The notes beneath the pieces were generated by a model, which saw only the letters and a list, made by a program, of their open reading frames with translations, was not told the origin of the DNA and did no database searches. A program made the position numbers and the translations under genes. Below, piece by piece: positions 49,755 through 59,376 of a stretch of DNA of 64,000 bases. This DNA comes from Candidatus Doudnabacteria bacterium. Its GTDB lineage: Bacteria; Patescibacteriota; Doudnabacteria; UBA920; VMFF01. The stretch spans positions 79,114 through 143,113 of the forward strand of contig JAQBQP010000001.1 of NCBI GenBank assembly GCA_028286905.1. The letters are read 5' to 3'. Within the stretch, counting starts at the first letter, position 1. Each line of letters starts with the position of its first letter.

Positions 49755-50372
49755 ATGTTTTCATTGAGCGGAGTTGTTAACGTTATTTCCAAAGACGTAC
49801 TGGTCTGGGGAACCTTCTTGGTGTTCCTGGAAGCATTCTGGGCCTACATGGATCGGATGCTGACGGCCGGCCAAATGCGCAACCGCGGCTTCTTTCGTGG
49901 AATTCCATTCCTGCCGCATCCGGCTTGCTGGGCGGACCTGCTGATCTTCACGCCGCTGATAGCATACCTCTACGGTCGATTCGGATCGACCTGGACGGCT
50001 AGGGAAAGTCTGGTCTGTATGCTGATTGCTCTCTTCATCTGCTACGGCATGACCAAGATGTGGATCGAGGGCGGACTGGAAATCCCGGACTTTGCCACTT
50101 ATCACCACGAGCTGACATTAGCGGGCTGGTTACACACGCTGTATTTCTGGGCGGCATTTGTCGCGGTACTGCTGTTCGCGAACACACCAAACGTCCCCCG
50201 CACCGAATCAGCAATCCTGTTGTCGATCATCGCCGTGCATGTCACCGCTGGAACCGTCTGGCCGAACATCTACACCCGTCGGCCGGCGTTTCCAAGGTCG
50301 ACGGTAGCCACACTGCTTCCCTGCTACGCGTTGATCGCCGCGACTTGGTTCTACCAGGCACATCATCGGTAG
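49755..50372 (+). CDS. GC-rich orphan multi-pass membrane protein (unit 6)
   Basis: GAGGAGG SD, promoter TTGCCA-17-TATATT at 49671-49699, terminator at 50405-50452, 5-6 TM helices. Confidence 0.8.
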   Translation: MFSLSGVVNVISKDVLVWGTFLVFLEAFWAYMDRMLTAGQMRNRGFFRGIPFLPHPACWADLLIFTPLIAYLYGRFGSTWTARESLVCMLIALFICYGMTKMWIEGGLEIPDFATYHHELTLAGWLHTLYFWAAFVAVLLFANTPNVPRTESAILLSIIAVHVTAGTVWPNIYTRRPAFPRSTVATLLPCYALIAATWFYQAHHR

Positions 50373-50404
50373 TTCCCGCTAGCCGCCGTATTCAATGAAA
50401 AAAC

Positions 50405-50452
50405 AAAAAGAGAGAAGTAACTCGCCGATCGGGCTTGTGCTTCTCTCTTTTG
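50405..50452. terminator. Terminator between unit 6 and the large surface protein gene
   Basis: AAAAGAGAGAAG...CTTCTCTCTTTT hairpin. Confidence 0.7.
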
Positions 50453-50475
50453 TATTCCCCATTATTTTATGTTTA

Positions 50476-53400
50476 TTATCCGCCAATATATCCTAATGCA
50501 TTCAATGCGCTAGCAGGTCTAGCTGGTAGGATATTGGTTTGTGGCAAGCTCGCTGAGATATCATATTGGTTGGCATTAACCACATTTTTTAGATTGTAGC
50601 CCCAGGAATAGAAAGTATTCATATCTGGAATTCCAATCTTTCCAGTATTACCAACTATATATACTGTTCCTTGATAGATTACTAAAGTTCCTGCAGGGTG
50701 CGTTGTTGCGGCATTACTAATTGGAGTAAGTGTAGTCATAAAGCTTGTATCCCCTGCTAAGACGTTTGCGTAAGAATAACCAAGGCCAAAAAATACTTGC
50801 TCAGATACAAAGCCTGCTCGTTTGCCATTTGTAATTAAGTATACGGTGCCATGATCGTTAATTAATGATCCGTCCATTGGCGCTGCAAATGTACTTAAAG
50901 GTATTGCTGTATCAGCGGAGGTTGAAGGGAGAGCGTTTGCGAAGGAGTTAAAACCATAAGACAAGAATGCTCCTGCAGAGGTGTAGGCATGCCTATTTGT
51001 TCCATCGTAGAAAAATATTGTTCCTTGATAAGTTGTATTAGAACCAGCTGGATGAGCGGACCCTGTTGGTAAGGTTACTGGTGGAGTTACAGGGGTTGTC
51101 GGAGACGTTGGAGATGCTGGAGATGTCGGCGTCATACCGGGTTGATTTAGATATTGAGCTGCGGTAATAGTTGAAATGGTATAATTCGCTGGGTTTCCTG
51201 GAGTTGGCTTAATTAGCTTTCCTGTTTGCAAATAAAGATTTAGGGAAGCGGTAGTATCAAAAGGGTGCAAACCATCTGATTCAACTAGATACATTGGAGC
51301 AACTCCCATAAAAATCACGTCTCCTGGAAACGTTCCTGCGGGCAACAATACTCCTGGAGCTGTTGGAGGAATTACAGGTGGAATGACCGGAGGAGTTACA
51401 GAAGTACCAAGACCAACACCTGAAAGAATTACTATTTGCGGACTCCCTGTTACGCCGGGTTCTGTAAACGTAAGGGTTCCAGTTCTTGCTCCACTTTGGG
51501 TCGGAGTAAAGGTAGCATAGACATCACAGTGGGTGTTTGAAACAGCGCCTAGGTTACAATAATTTTGGGAAATGGCGAAGTCCCCTGTTGTAGTAGGATT
51601 AACTGTAATATTGGCTGTAGTAGGATTGTACAAGGAAATTATCACAGAGGTAGAAGCACTGCCGACGTTGACGCTTCCAAAGCTTATTGAGAGAGGAGTG
51701 GCGTACACAAGTGTTCCGGTGGGAGGATTATTAACCGGGTTAGACAGAGTAGCAATACTTAGTCCAGCAGACTGTGAAGAATTATTACCCGCCGCATCAT
51801 AAGCGCTCACCGTATATGAATAGGTAGTTGCAGCTGTTAATCCTTGATCTAAATATGTAGTTCCAGTAGCAATCGCGATCTGTGTGCCATTTCTATAAAT
51901 TTTATATCCGGTTACTGCGGTATTGTCTGTTGATGTATTCCAATTTAGAACTATTGAAGTTGTAGTTACAGTTCCTTTGATTAACCCAGTCGGTACCGTG
52001 GGAGAAGTAGTGTCAGAAGGAGGAGCTGGTGTGAAAGTACCCGGCGTACCGGCAACAACACCTGTGATCATGGAATTTAATGTAGGAATATCCGCACCTA
52101 CATCCTTGCCATCGCTTCCGCCATTTTTTAAATTTCCACTGGCGATTAAATAATTGCTATTCGCAAGATCGGTAAAATTTAGAGCCGAAAGCGTGGCCGG
52201 ATAATAAGTATTGGTTCCAACCGGACCAGTACTCGCACCGCCGACTATGGCATTATTTTTAAAACTATAATTAGTAAAAGATTTTACAAGGCTTACATCG
52301 CCAGATTGCGTGCCAGCAGCTTTAAAGCCATAAATGCCGCCCATTATAATATTATTATCAAAATCAAACCCTACTGCATCAATTACCCCGTCTGGCTCCA
52401 TTGCAGCTAAAATATTTCCTGTCGAAACCATAGTATTGTGAGAAATTTGAACATTTGGCATCGCCGGAGAACCGCCCGTGGTAAAAAGACTAGGGCCTCC
52501 TGGATCGCTAAAATAAGGCGCGACGTTAATTTTTTCCACAACATTGTTAGTAAAACTAAAATTATTCATTACTGTGGCAGGAGGTGGATATATTCCAATC
52601 AAGCTCATAACAGATCCAACATTGCGCACATAATTATAACGTACTGTTACATCTCCTGTGTGATAATAAGAAGGACCTGTACCGTATTGATTAGTCGATT
52701 TAAAATTGAAAGCTTTTCCCCCTTGTTGTCCGGCCCAACTACCGTCCATGACATTGCCTTCTACTAAAACACGCTCGCCTACTTTCAATTCAAAAAGACA
52801 TTTTATAATCCATGGAGTGCTGTCAGTCATCCATGAAGCCGGTTTATAAAAATAATTATCTCTGACTTCAATATCACTTGGGTTTACTCCCGGGATTGAA
52901 TTAGGCGAACCTCCAAAAAAAACATTCTCTCCAGCGCCTTCCAAATAATTGTTTACAATTTTATAACCCTCGGCACCGTTCCATCCGCCCATCGCTGCAG
53001 AATCGGAACCGGCCTCTTTCCAGTCATTTAAATAAGAATCGATAACAGCGGTCATTCTGCCATTCAAAGCAATTCCTCTTCTACCACCTAAGACCGGGTC
53101 ACCGGATATAATAACTCTATCAAAAGTAATGTCATGAGGCAGCTGTCCGACAGTGGTTTCTGGAACGTTCGTATCTCCAATACGAATCAGACCAGTGCTA
53201 AAAATAGCAGGATTTGGAATAAAGCGAATACCAACAAAACGATAGTGGTTTGCTTGATACTGAGTTTGGATCGCTGTTTGAGGCTGACTGTTTCCACCAG
53301 TAATGGTCGGCATGTTTACGGCGTCAGCGAGCGAAACACGTTTTCCCGGGGCCGGTAAACTAGAAAGTTTACTAGATTCGATAATAATCCACTTATTAGA

Positions 53401-53691
53401 TGGGTTGGTTTTATTAGGCAAACTGAAAGTTCCAGGGAAAATGTCCCCTGCTTTCAATATAATAGTATCGCCAGGTTGAGCGTTATTAATGGCGGTCTGT
53501 AAATTAGTAGAACAATTTGATAATCCTGCGCAACTATTTGCAACATTAAAAATTGCTCCGGTCTGAACCGGCATTGTTGTATCAATGTAAACTCGAGGCA
53601 GCTCAGGAGGCGTTGTAGCTGCGTGCGCACTATGCCCGATGAAGACAAAAAAAACCGTAACTAAAATCACCACTTTCGCTTGAAATTTCAT
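50476..53691 (-). CDS. Large secreted/surface protein: beta-helix, fibronectin III, ASH/choice-of-anchor-D-like Ig domain, Pro/Thr linkers, C-terminal repeats
   Basis: Signal peptide ending AHA-A; LQTAINNAQPGDTIIL beta-helix start; DTT.PT.P...W..STDN..VTGYKIYRNG FN3; FG.V.VG...F.PT..G.RTGTLT; HPAG repeats. Confidence 0.85.
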   Translation of the reverse strand: MKFQAKVVILVTVFFVFIGHSAHAATTPPELPRVYIDTTMPVQTGAIFNVANSCAGLSNCSTNLQTAINNAQPGDTIILKAGDIFPGTFSLPNKTNPSNKWIIIESSKLSSLPAPGKRVSLADAVNMPTITGGNSQPQTAIQTQYQANHYRFVGIRFIPNPAIFSTGLIRIGDTNVPETTVGQLPHDITFDRVIISGDPVLGGRRGIALNGRMTAVIDSYLNDWKEAGSDSAAMGGWNGAEGYKIVNNYLEGAGENVFFGGSPNSIPGVNPSDIEVRDNYFYKPASWMTDSTPWIIKCLFELKVGERVLVEGNVMDGSWAGQQGGKAFNFKSTNQYGTGPSYYHTGDVTVRYNYVRNVGSVMSLIGIYPPPATVMNNFSFTNNVVEKINVAPYFSDPGGPSLFTTGGSPAMPNVQISHNTMVSTGNILAAMEPDGVIDAVGFDFDNNIIMGGIYGFKAAGTQSGDVSLVKSFTNYSFKNNAIVGGASTGPVGTNTYYPATLSALNFTDLANSNYLIASGNLKNGGSDGKDVGADIPTLNSMITGVVAGTPGTFTPAPPSDTTSPTVPTGLIKGTVTTTSIVLNWNTSTDNTAVTGYKIYRNGTQIAIATGTTYLDQGLTAATTYSYTVSAYDAAGNNSSQSAGLSIATLSNPVNNPPTGTLVYATPLSISFGSVNVGSASTSVIISLYNPTTANITVNPTTTGDFAISQNYCNLGAVSNTHCDVYATFTPTQSGARTGTLTFTEPGVTGSPQIVILSGVGLGTSVTPPVIPPVIPPTAPGVLLPAGTFPGDVIFMGVAPMYLVESDGLHPFDTTASLNLYLQTGKLIKPTPGNPANYTISTITAAQYLNQPGMTPTSPASPTSPTTPVTPPVTLPTGSAHPAGSNTTYQGTIFFYDGTNRHAYTSAGAFLSYGFNSFANALPSTSADTAIPLSTFAAPMDGSLINDHGTVYLITNGKRAGFVSEQVFFGLGYSYANVLAGDTSFMTTLTPISNAATTHPAGTLVIYQGTVYIVGNTGKIGIPDMNTFYSWGYNLKNVVNANQYDISASLPQTNILPARPASALNALGYIGG

Positions 53692-53901
53692 ATTCTTTCT
53701 TATTATTTTTTGTTTTTGTTTCAATTTGGCTGACTTCCATTAATTTTGATGAAAGCGCGCCTTTTGGGAACTACTTATATAAACATTATAGCATATTGGA
53801 TAAATTTAGTAAAGTCTTAGGATAGTATTTTAATCCAATTTACGATAGCATCACTAAATGCTATCTTAAAAGAAGTAATAATCATTATAAATAACCTCTA
53901 T

Positions 53902-54510
53902 ATGAAAAAAGTCTTTCTTATCTCAGCTTTTGCGCTATTAGCTGCAGGATGCACTAGTACGGTAAACACGGATCCTAATGCAAACAATAATAATCCTCCG
54001 ATTCAGCCGCCACAACAAACACAACCAACAACCCAAACTTATAAAAATAGCACCTATTCCTTTCAATTCCAGTACCCTGCTGACATGGCTTTTGTCACGC
54101 CAAACTATGCTCTTTTGAACGATAAAGTCACAGAACTTCAAATTCCTAAAACAGATTATCCAAACACAAACTTCGGTGATGCGGCTTTCTCGGTTAGCGC
54201 TTCATACGCGAAAACATTAGCCAGCTGCTTGGCAATGAATCCTCCTGAAAATGGAGATGGCTTTAAAACCACGGTACAAATTAACGGTGTAACCTTCTAT
54301 ACTACTTCTGGCGCGGGTGCGGGCGCTGGAAACCGTTACGATACAAAAACTTATCGAACCTTAGTTGGCGCTCAAAGTTGCATAGAATTAAATGAAACTG
54401 TTCACACTTCCGCTATTGGTAACTACCCTGCCGGTACAGTTACGGCAGTGGATATCAATGCTGTACAATCCAGACTGGACCAGGTTTTAAACACATTTAA
54501 GTTTAATTAA
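53902..54510 (+). CDS. Putative lipoprotein (PsbP-related N-terminal motif)
   Basis: Lipobox LAAG-C, TYKN..Y.FQFQYP. Confidence 0.8.
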   Translation: MKKVFLISAFALLAAGCTSTVNTDPNANNNNPPIQPPQQTQPTTQTYKNSTYSFQFQYPADMAFVTPNYALLNDKVTELQIPKTDYPNTNFGDAAFSVSASYAKTLASCLAMNPPENGDGFKTTVQINGVTFYTTSGAGAGAGNRYDTKTYRTLVGAQSCIELNETVHTSAIGNYPAGTVTAVDINAVQSRLDQVLNTFKFN

Positions 54511-55160
54511 GCCCATTCTTCAAAAATAAAATCAGGTTCAGATTGTGTAAGCCTTTCCTTCAATCGAGCATGAACTTCTTTTGGGTACCCAGAATAAACA
54601 AAGCCGGCAACCTTAACGCCTGCGGCTTTGCCATAATCTAAATCACTGGGCACATCACCTAACATTAAAACTCTTTCTGGTTTTAAATTATTTTTCTGAA
54701 AAAAAGATTTTATCGCATCAACCTTGCGATCAGACTCGCCGACAATATGTGCGGCATCAAATAAATCCGCGACCCTCTCTTCGCTAAAGCGATCCAAAAT
54801 ACTTTGTTTCTTTGCGGCCGAAACGATGCCAAGCTGGATCCCTGATTGATGTAATTTTTTTAAAGTTTGCAGTGCTCCCGGAAAAAATTCAGAACGAAAA
54901 TTATTTCTGTCAGAAATAGTCCAATATTTTTTGTTAAACTGTTCTTGCTCCTCTAACGTATCACATTTCAAACCGAAATGAGAATGTAATTTAGAAAAAG
55001 GTTGAATGTATTCACAAATGAATTCATTTACTTCTACTGTTATTCCGTGTTCCTTATACATCTCAACGGCATTCAATGCTAAGTGCTCCATTGAATTCAA
55101 AATGGTACCATCATAATCTGCCAATAATGCATCGAATTTACCAACAATATTCTGGTACAT
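54507..55160 (-). CDS. HAD-superfamily hydrolase (phosphoglycolate phosphatase-like)
   Basis: DYDGTI motif I, FPG, GIVS, LMLGD..SD...GKAAGV. Confidence 0.9.
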   Translation of the reverse strand: MYQNIVGKFDALLADYDGTILNSMEHLALNAVEMYKEHGITVEVNEFICEYIQPFSKLHSHFGLKCDTLEEQEQFNKKYWTISDRNNFRSEFFPGALQTLKKLHQSGIQLGIVSAAKKQSILDRFSEERVADLFDAAHIVGESDRKVDAIKSFFQKNNLKPERVLMLGDVPSDLDYGKAAGVKVAGFVYSGYPKEVHARLKERLTQSEPDFIFEEWA

Positions 55161-55179
55161 ATATGTTATAATAACACAT
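55161..55179. promoter_or_regulatory. Bidirectional extended -10 promoter for two leaderless genes
   Basis: Plus strand TGT-TATAAT-7 nt-ATG; minus strand TGT-TATTAT-7 nt-ATG. Confidence 0.7.
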
Positions 55180-55944
55180 ATGAATATCGATGGCATCCAA
55201 GCAAAACCAAAGCACATTTCGAAACAAAATTCTTTTTTGAATCAACCGAAACCGCACTTTGCAGAGCGACAAGTACTCTCCGCGCCTTATCAACAAAGAA
55301 CAAAAGCAATTACGCTGACAAGGTTTATAGATAAAAAACAAGCAGCAACTATTGCGATAACTTTTTTAGTGACGTTTATTTTCTCCATCGCTACTAGTAG
55401 AGGCTTGGCTTCTTATAATAATTATTCTGATCCGCAAAAATTTTCCAGCGATATTAGTGTCGATCCAACTTTTCAAGTAATTTCCCAACCGGATCAGTTA
55501 ACACTGGATGACCAAGTGCTATCGCAACCGGGAGAAGTATTTTTACCAAAAGAAAAAATTAGTTTACCAGATCCTTTAAAAAAACGGAAAGAATTTTTAG
55601 AGAAATATTTGAAGTCCAAAAACTCGCCGCTAGCGGATCATGTTGAAGCCATCTCCGAGCAAAGCCAGTGGAAACTTATAATTGCAATTTCTAGAGCGGA
55701 AAGTTCTTTTTGCAAACACCAAGTAACTAATAATTGTTGGGGTATTGGTGGTGCTTGGAATATGAAGAACTACCAAAATTTTGATCAGGCAGTAGCGGAT
55801 GTCAATAGAATCCTGGAAGAACACTATATTCAAGCTGGTTTAAATACTCCAAAATCAATCGTAAAAAAATATGTCGGGCATCAGAATGACAACTGGCAAT
55901 TAGCAGTTGAGCAAGAACTACAGAATCTTTCAGAGGTTCAATAG
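55180..55944 (+). CDS. Membrane-anchored lysozyme-like (glucosaminidase/SLT-like) protein
   Basis: TM helix, then YL....SPL, AIS.AESS..K, NNCWG, Y..W motifs of lysozyme-fold peptidoglycan hydrolases. Confidence 0.7.
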   Translation: MNIDGIQAKPKHISKQNSFLNQPKPHFAERQVLSAPYQQRTKAITLTRFIDKKQAATIAITFLVTFIFSIATSRGLASYNNYSDPQKFSSDISVDPTFQVISQPDQLTLDDQVLSQPGEVFLPKEKISLPDPLKKRKEFLEKYLKSKNSPLADHVEAISEQSQWKLIIAISRAESSFCKHQVTNNCWGIGGAWNMKNYQNFDQAVADVNRILEEHYIQAGLNTPKSIVKKYVGHQNDNWQLAVEQELQNLSEVQ

Positions 55945-55952
55945 ACAAGAGC

Positions 55953-55990
55953 AAATAAAAATCCAGGATCCTCATCCTGGATTTTTATTT
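55953..55990. terminator. Bidirectional intrinsic terminator
   Basis: AAATAAAAATCCAGGAT-cctc-ATCCTGGATTTTTATTT. Confidence 0.85.
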
Positions 55991-56013
55991 GAGACCTATC
56001 ATCCAATGGCTAT

Positions 56014-56235
56014 TTAAACCTGATACCTACGAAATTCAATAGTGTCATCAGGGCGCTTAAAACGCTTGGCATAATTTGCAAACTCTAGCAAATTAGTCTT
56101 TAGATATTCAATCGTTTTACTTTGTTCTTTTTGCTTTTTCTTTGATTCTTTTGGATCTTTCTGTAAAAATTCATCATCACTGACTCGGTTGAATATTATG
56201 TTTTTAATTTGATCGTGATATACGTTTATTGCCAT
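56014..56235 (-). CDS. Small hypothetical protein
   Basis: 73 aa, GGAAGGGAG SD-like sequence before the ATG, ends at a terminator. Confidence 0.6.
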   Translation of the reverse strand: MAINVYHDQIKNIIFNRVSDDEFLQKDPKESKKKQKEQSKTIEYLKTNLLEFANYAKRFKRPDDTIEFRRYQV

Positions 56236-56378
56236 ATGCGTCTCCCTTCCAAATTCATACTAGCGGAAATTCATATTCCTAACATTGGCACAGCGGTACA
56301 TTTGTTGAGGCATTCTGAATTCTAATTGATTGTTTTATCCAATCCTTGGCATTAAATTGTGTAAAAAGAGGGTTTGTT

Positions 56379-57602
56379 TTAAGCACGTTCTTTTTCTTGC
56401 AAATTGCTCAAGATTGAGGCAAGTTTTAACTTCACTGCATCATTGAAGTTGCGAGGGTCTAATCCAGTAATTTTTTTTATTTTGGACAGTCTATACAGCA
56501 AAGTGTTGCGGTGAATGTTTAAATTTTTTGCAGTTTGGGTCAAGCTCATATTTTCATTAAAGAAAACCTCGACCGTCTCAATCAAATATTTTTCAGGCAG
56601 CAATTGGGTCAAAAGATTTTTAACAAAGTTTTCCTGCCAACGTTTGTTCCCTCCTGCCAATATTGCAATCATTCCTAAGTCATCGATATGGAATAGAGGC
56701 TTATGCTCTTCGAAGTTTAAACCAAGTTGCAATGAAACTTTTGCTTCTTCATATGCCAAAACAATTCCATCTTTCCCTCGATAGAAGTTGCCAAGACCAA
56801 TTGCAACTTTAGCAATTTCTTTTGGAAATTGACGATGCACAATTGCATTGAAGTCAGCGGCTTTCTTCCGCATTATTTCAATCATCTGGCCACCCTTCAT
56901 AGTTGGAGTCTCATCAATCAAGGCGATGAATGTATCATTTCCAAAATAAGAAATTTGCACTGCGGAAACTTCACCATAAAATTCTTTTATCGCATCGTAA
57001 AGTTTTTTCTTGTAGGTGTGCAAGCGTCCCTGTCTTTCATCTTCACTGGTTGGAGTTTCTTCACTGAACTGAGTTTGCCAAAATCCTGGGGCATAAATCA
57101 CTACAACGATCTTGTCTTTATGCAAGCTGACCTCTAACAATTCTGCTTCATCGTAAGTGCGTTGATCATCCCAAGAAAGCTTGTGATGCAACAAACCAAA
57201 GATGAAATTGTCTTTAATTTTATCTTTGTAAGGAACATTGTCTATTACTAATGTTTGATAAATGAGCAATTCGCCTGTGGTTTTTGCCATTGGCAAATAC
57301 TTTTTGTAATTATCCGGTTCGTCTTGTATATATAGAGTAGCGACAACTTCTCCATTATAAACCAAAGGAATAATAATACCGGTTTCCAGTGGGTTCTTAG
57401 TAAAGCTAAAGTCTTCTTTGGTTACTTCAAGATTGGTGTTAGTTTCAGCGGCTCGCTGCATTGCTGTAAACTGTAAACCGGTCTTGGTAAGATCTGTGCT
57501 GGCTAGAATTGTTCCAAGAGGATCGCTAATAATAACTGCGCGGTTGATTAAGGATGATATTTTATTTACAATGGTTTCTGCAATAAGTTCATTGATTGGC
57601 AT
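56379..57602 (-). CDS. CdaR/PucR-family transcriptional regulator
   Basis: N-terminal sugar-diacid recognition-like domain, GGDEF-like middle, C-terminal TA.NL.IHRNTL.YRL.KI..ITGLDP HTH. Confidence 0.93.
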   Translation of the reverse strand: MPINELIAETIVNKISSLINRAVIISDPLGTILASTDLTKTGLQFTAMQRAAETNTNLEVTKEDFSFTKNPLETGIIIPLVYNGEVVATLYIQDEPDNYKKYLPMAKTTGELLIYQTLVIDNVPYKDKIKDNFIFGLLHHKLSWDDQRTYDEAELLEVSLHKDKIVVVIYAPGFWQTQFSEETPTSEDERQGRLHTYKKKLYDAIKEFYGEVSAVQISYFGNDTFIALIDETPTMKGGQMIEIMRKKAADFNAIVHRQFPKEIAKVAIGLGNFYRGKDGIVLAYEEAKVSLQLGLNFEEHKPLFHIDDLGMIAILAGGNKRWQENFVKNLLTQLLPEKYLIETVEVFFNENMSLTQTAKNLNIHRNTLLYRLSKIKKITGLDPRNFNDAVKLKLASILSNLQEKERA

Positions 57603-57663
57603 ATTGTTGATTGGTGGTTACGGTTTTATACATGTATTATACAAACGTACAAAAGAACGTCTG

Positions 57664-57722
57664 TTGTACATATCATACAATATAATAGCAATTAATTATA
57701 CTAATTTGTCCTAAGCATACAA
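57664..57722. promoter_or_regulatory. Pair of TTGT-N9-ACAA palindromes (candidate CdaR/PucR operator)
   Basis: TTGTacatatcatACAA at 57664-57680 and TTGTcctaagcatACAA at 57706-57722, 42 bp apart. Confidence 0.55.
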
Positions 57723-57760
57723 CTAATTTTAATACTTTTATACAAAAAATACTTTAAATT

Positions 57761-58777
57761 ATGATCATATTAGCAATAGAAACATCTTGCGACGAGACCG
57801 CAGCAGCTGTGGTTAAGACCCAAAAAAGCGTTATTAAGCCTTTAAGCAGCGTCGTTTCTAGCCAAATTCCTTTACATCGAAAGACCAGAGGTGTTGTTCC
57901 CGAAGTAGCGGCAAGAGCGCATATTCGCAAAATTAACGCGGTTGTTAAAAAAGCCTTAACAGATGCTCGTATAGGGCTAAAATCTATTGATTACCTAGCA
58001 GTAACTAATGGTCCTGGTCTAATTACTTCTCTATTAATAGGCACCGAATATGTTAAAGCTTTGAGCTTAGCCATAAATAAGAAAATCATCCCTACCAACC
58101 ATATGTCTGGGCATCTTTATTCTGCTTTTTTACAAAACCCGCAGCTAAAGCTCCCAAGCATTAATTTGATCGTTTCAGGCGGCCACACTTATATTGTTTT
58201 ATTAGCTTCAAAAAACAAAATTAAAATTATCGGCCAGACAATTGATGATGCAGCCGGTGAAGCATTCGATAAGGTTGCTCGAATGCTAGAGTTACCTTAT
58301 CCTGGCGGACCAGAAATTTCGAAAGCAGCATTACATGGAAAAAGAGATTATGATTTTCCAAGACCAATGCAATATACCAAAGATTACAATTTCAGCTTCG
58401 CTGGATTAAAGACAGCAGTCTTATATAAAATTAGAGATGAGAAGTTAAAGATGTCAGATCCACAAGTAGTTGCTGACCTAGCTTTTTCTTTTCAGAATGC
58501 TGCTGTAGATGTGCTTGTAGCAAAAACAATCCGCGCTGCAAAACAATACAAAGCAAAAAGCATTACTTTATCGGGTGGAGTAGCCGCTAATAAAAAACTG
58601 CGCAAAGATCTAGGGGACGCCGCCAAAAAGGAAAAACTTAAATTGTACGTGCCCGATTTTAAACTTTGCACCGACAATGCATTGATGATTGCAAACGCAG
58701 CAGCAATAAAGCTTCAAGGCGGTTTTAAACCGGTTAATTATACAAAGGTTAAAGTTAATCCAGGCCTAGAAATATAA
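57761..58777 (+). CDS. tsaD: tRNA N6-threonylcarbamoyltransferase TsaD
   Basis: LAIETSCDET, GVVPEVAARAH, NH..GH, VSGGHT, DDAAGEAFDKVAR, CTDNA.MIA. Confidence 0.98.
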   Translation: MIILAIETSCDETAAAVVKTQKSVIKPLSSVVSSQIPLHRKTRGVVPEVAARAHIRKINAVVKKALTDARIGLKSIDYLAVTNGPGLITSLLIGTEYVKALSLAINKKIIPTNHMSGHLYSAFLQNPQLKLPSINLIVSGGHTYIVLLASKNKIKIIGQTIDDAAGEAFDKVARMLELPYPGGPEISKAALHGKRDYDFPRPMQYTKDYNFSFAGLKTAVLYKIRDEKLKMSDPQVVADLAFSFQNAAVDVLVAKTIRAAKQYKAKSITLSGGVAANKKLRKDLGDAAKKEKLKLYVPDFKLCTDNALMIANAAAIKLQGGFKPVNYTKVKVNPGLEI

Positions 58778-58783
58778 AAGGAA

Positions 58784-58814
58784 AGCGGCGTGTTCTCAAA
58801 GAGAACACGCCGCT
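58784..58814. terminator. Terminator between tsaD and GC-rich unit 7
   Basis: AGCGGCGTGTTCTC-aaa-GAGAACACGCCGCT perfect stem. Confidence 0.8.
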
Positions 58815-58832
58815 AGTACTAACCGTCACGCC

Positions 58833-59213
58833 TCATGCGACCGCGGTGGCGGGGCTGGCTGACCTCCTGACAGCCAAGCTGGTTGGAGGAACGCGCCCCG
58901 CCAAAGCACTCCCCACGCTCGCTTGAACGGCGCCGGGACTTCGATCGGTCGAGCCAGTACTCCAGCAGGAAAACCTGCTGAGGTACAAGTTATGGGTTGT
59001 CAGGGCTGGCCGGATCATACTTGTCGGCTCGAGGATCGGTACATACTCGTCGGTCAATGGACTCGTGAGAGGCATCAACGGATGAGTGTAAACGATCGAC
59101 GAACTGACCGGAACCGTGCTAGCGCCGACGTTCGTAGCAGGTACTCCCGCTGCGATCAAACACATCGCAGCGATTGAACAAGCTACGCGAACCCGGGGTG
59201 ACACTAACTTCAT
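58833..59213 (-). CDS. GC-rich orphan putative secreted protein (unit 7)
   Basis: AAGGAGGT SD, promoter TTGACC-17-TATAGT at 59258-59286, signal-peptide-like N-terminus. Confidence 0.6.
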   Translation of the reverse strand: MKLVSPRVRVACSIAAMCLIAAGVPATNVGASTVPVSSSIVYTHPLMPLTSPLTDEYVPILEPTSMIRPALTTHNLYLSRFSCWSTGSTDRSPGAVQASVGSALAGRVPPTSLAVRRSASPATAVA

Positions 59214-59376
59214 CACACCTCCTTGGTGGATGCTGCAGCTGACCTGCGCGTAAAAACACTATAAGCTAAAAACGACTGCGGGTCAAATGCCACAAAACCT
59301 CATCTTTACAGGGTCAAAAGTATCTGGTAACCTATGAATAAGCCTAATCCGGCGTCACCGGATCTCTAATATAGAG

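Noticed and set aside
43848-58000. Prophage or integrative element at tRNA-Glu
   Set aside because: No integrase, phage genes or duplicated tRNA 3' end were seen by eye.
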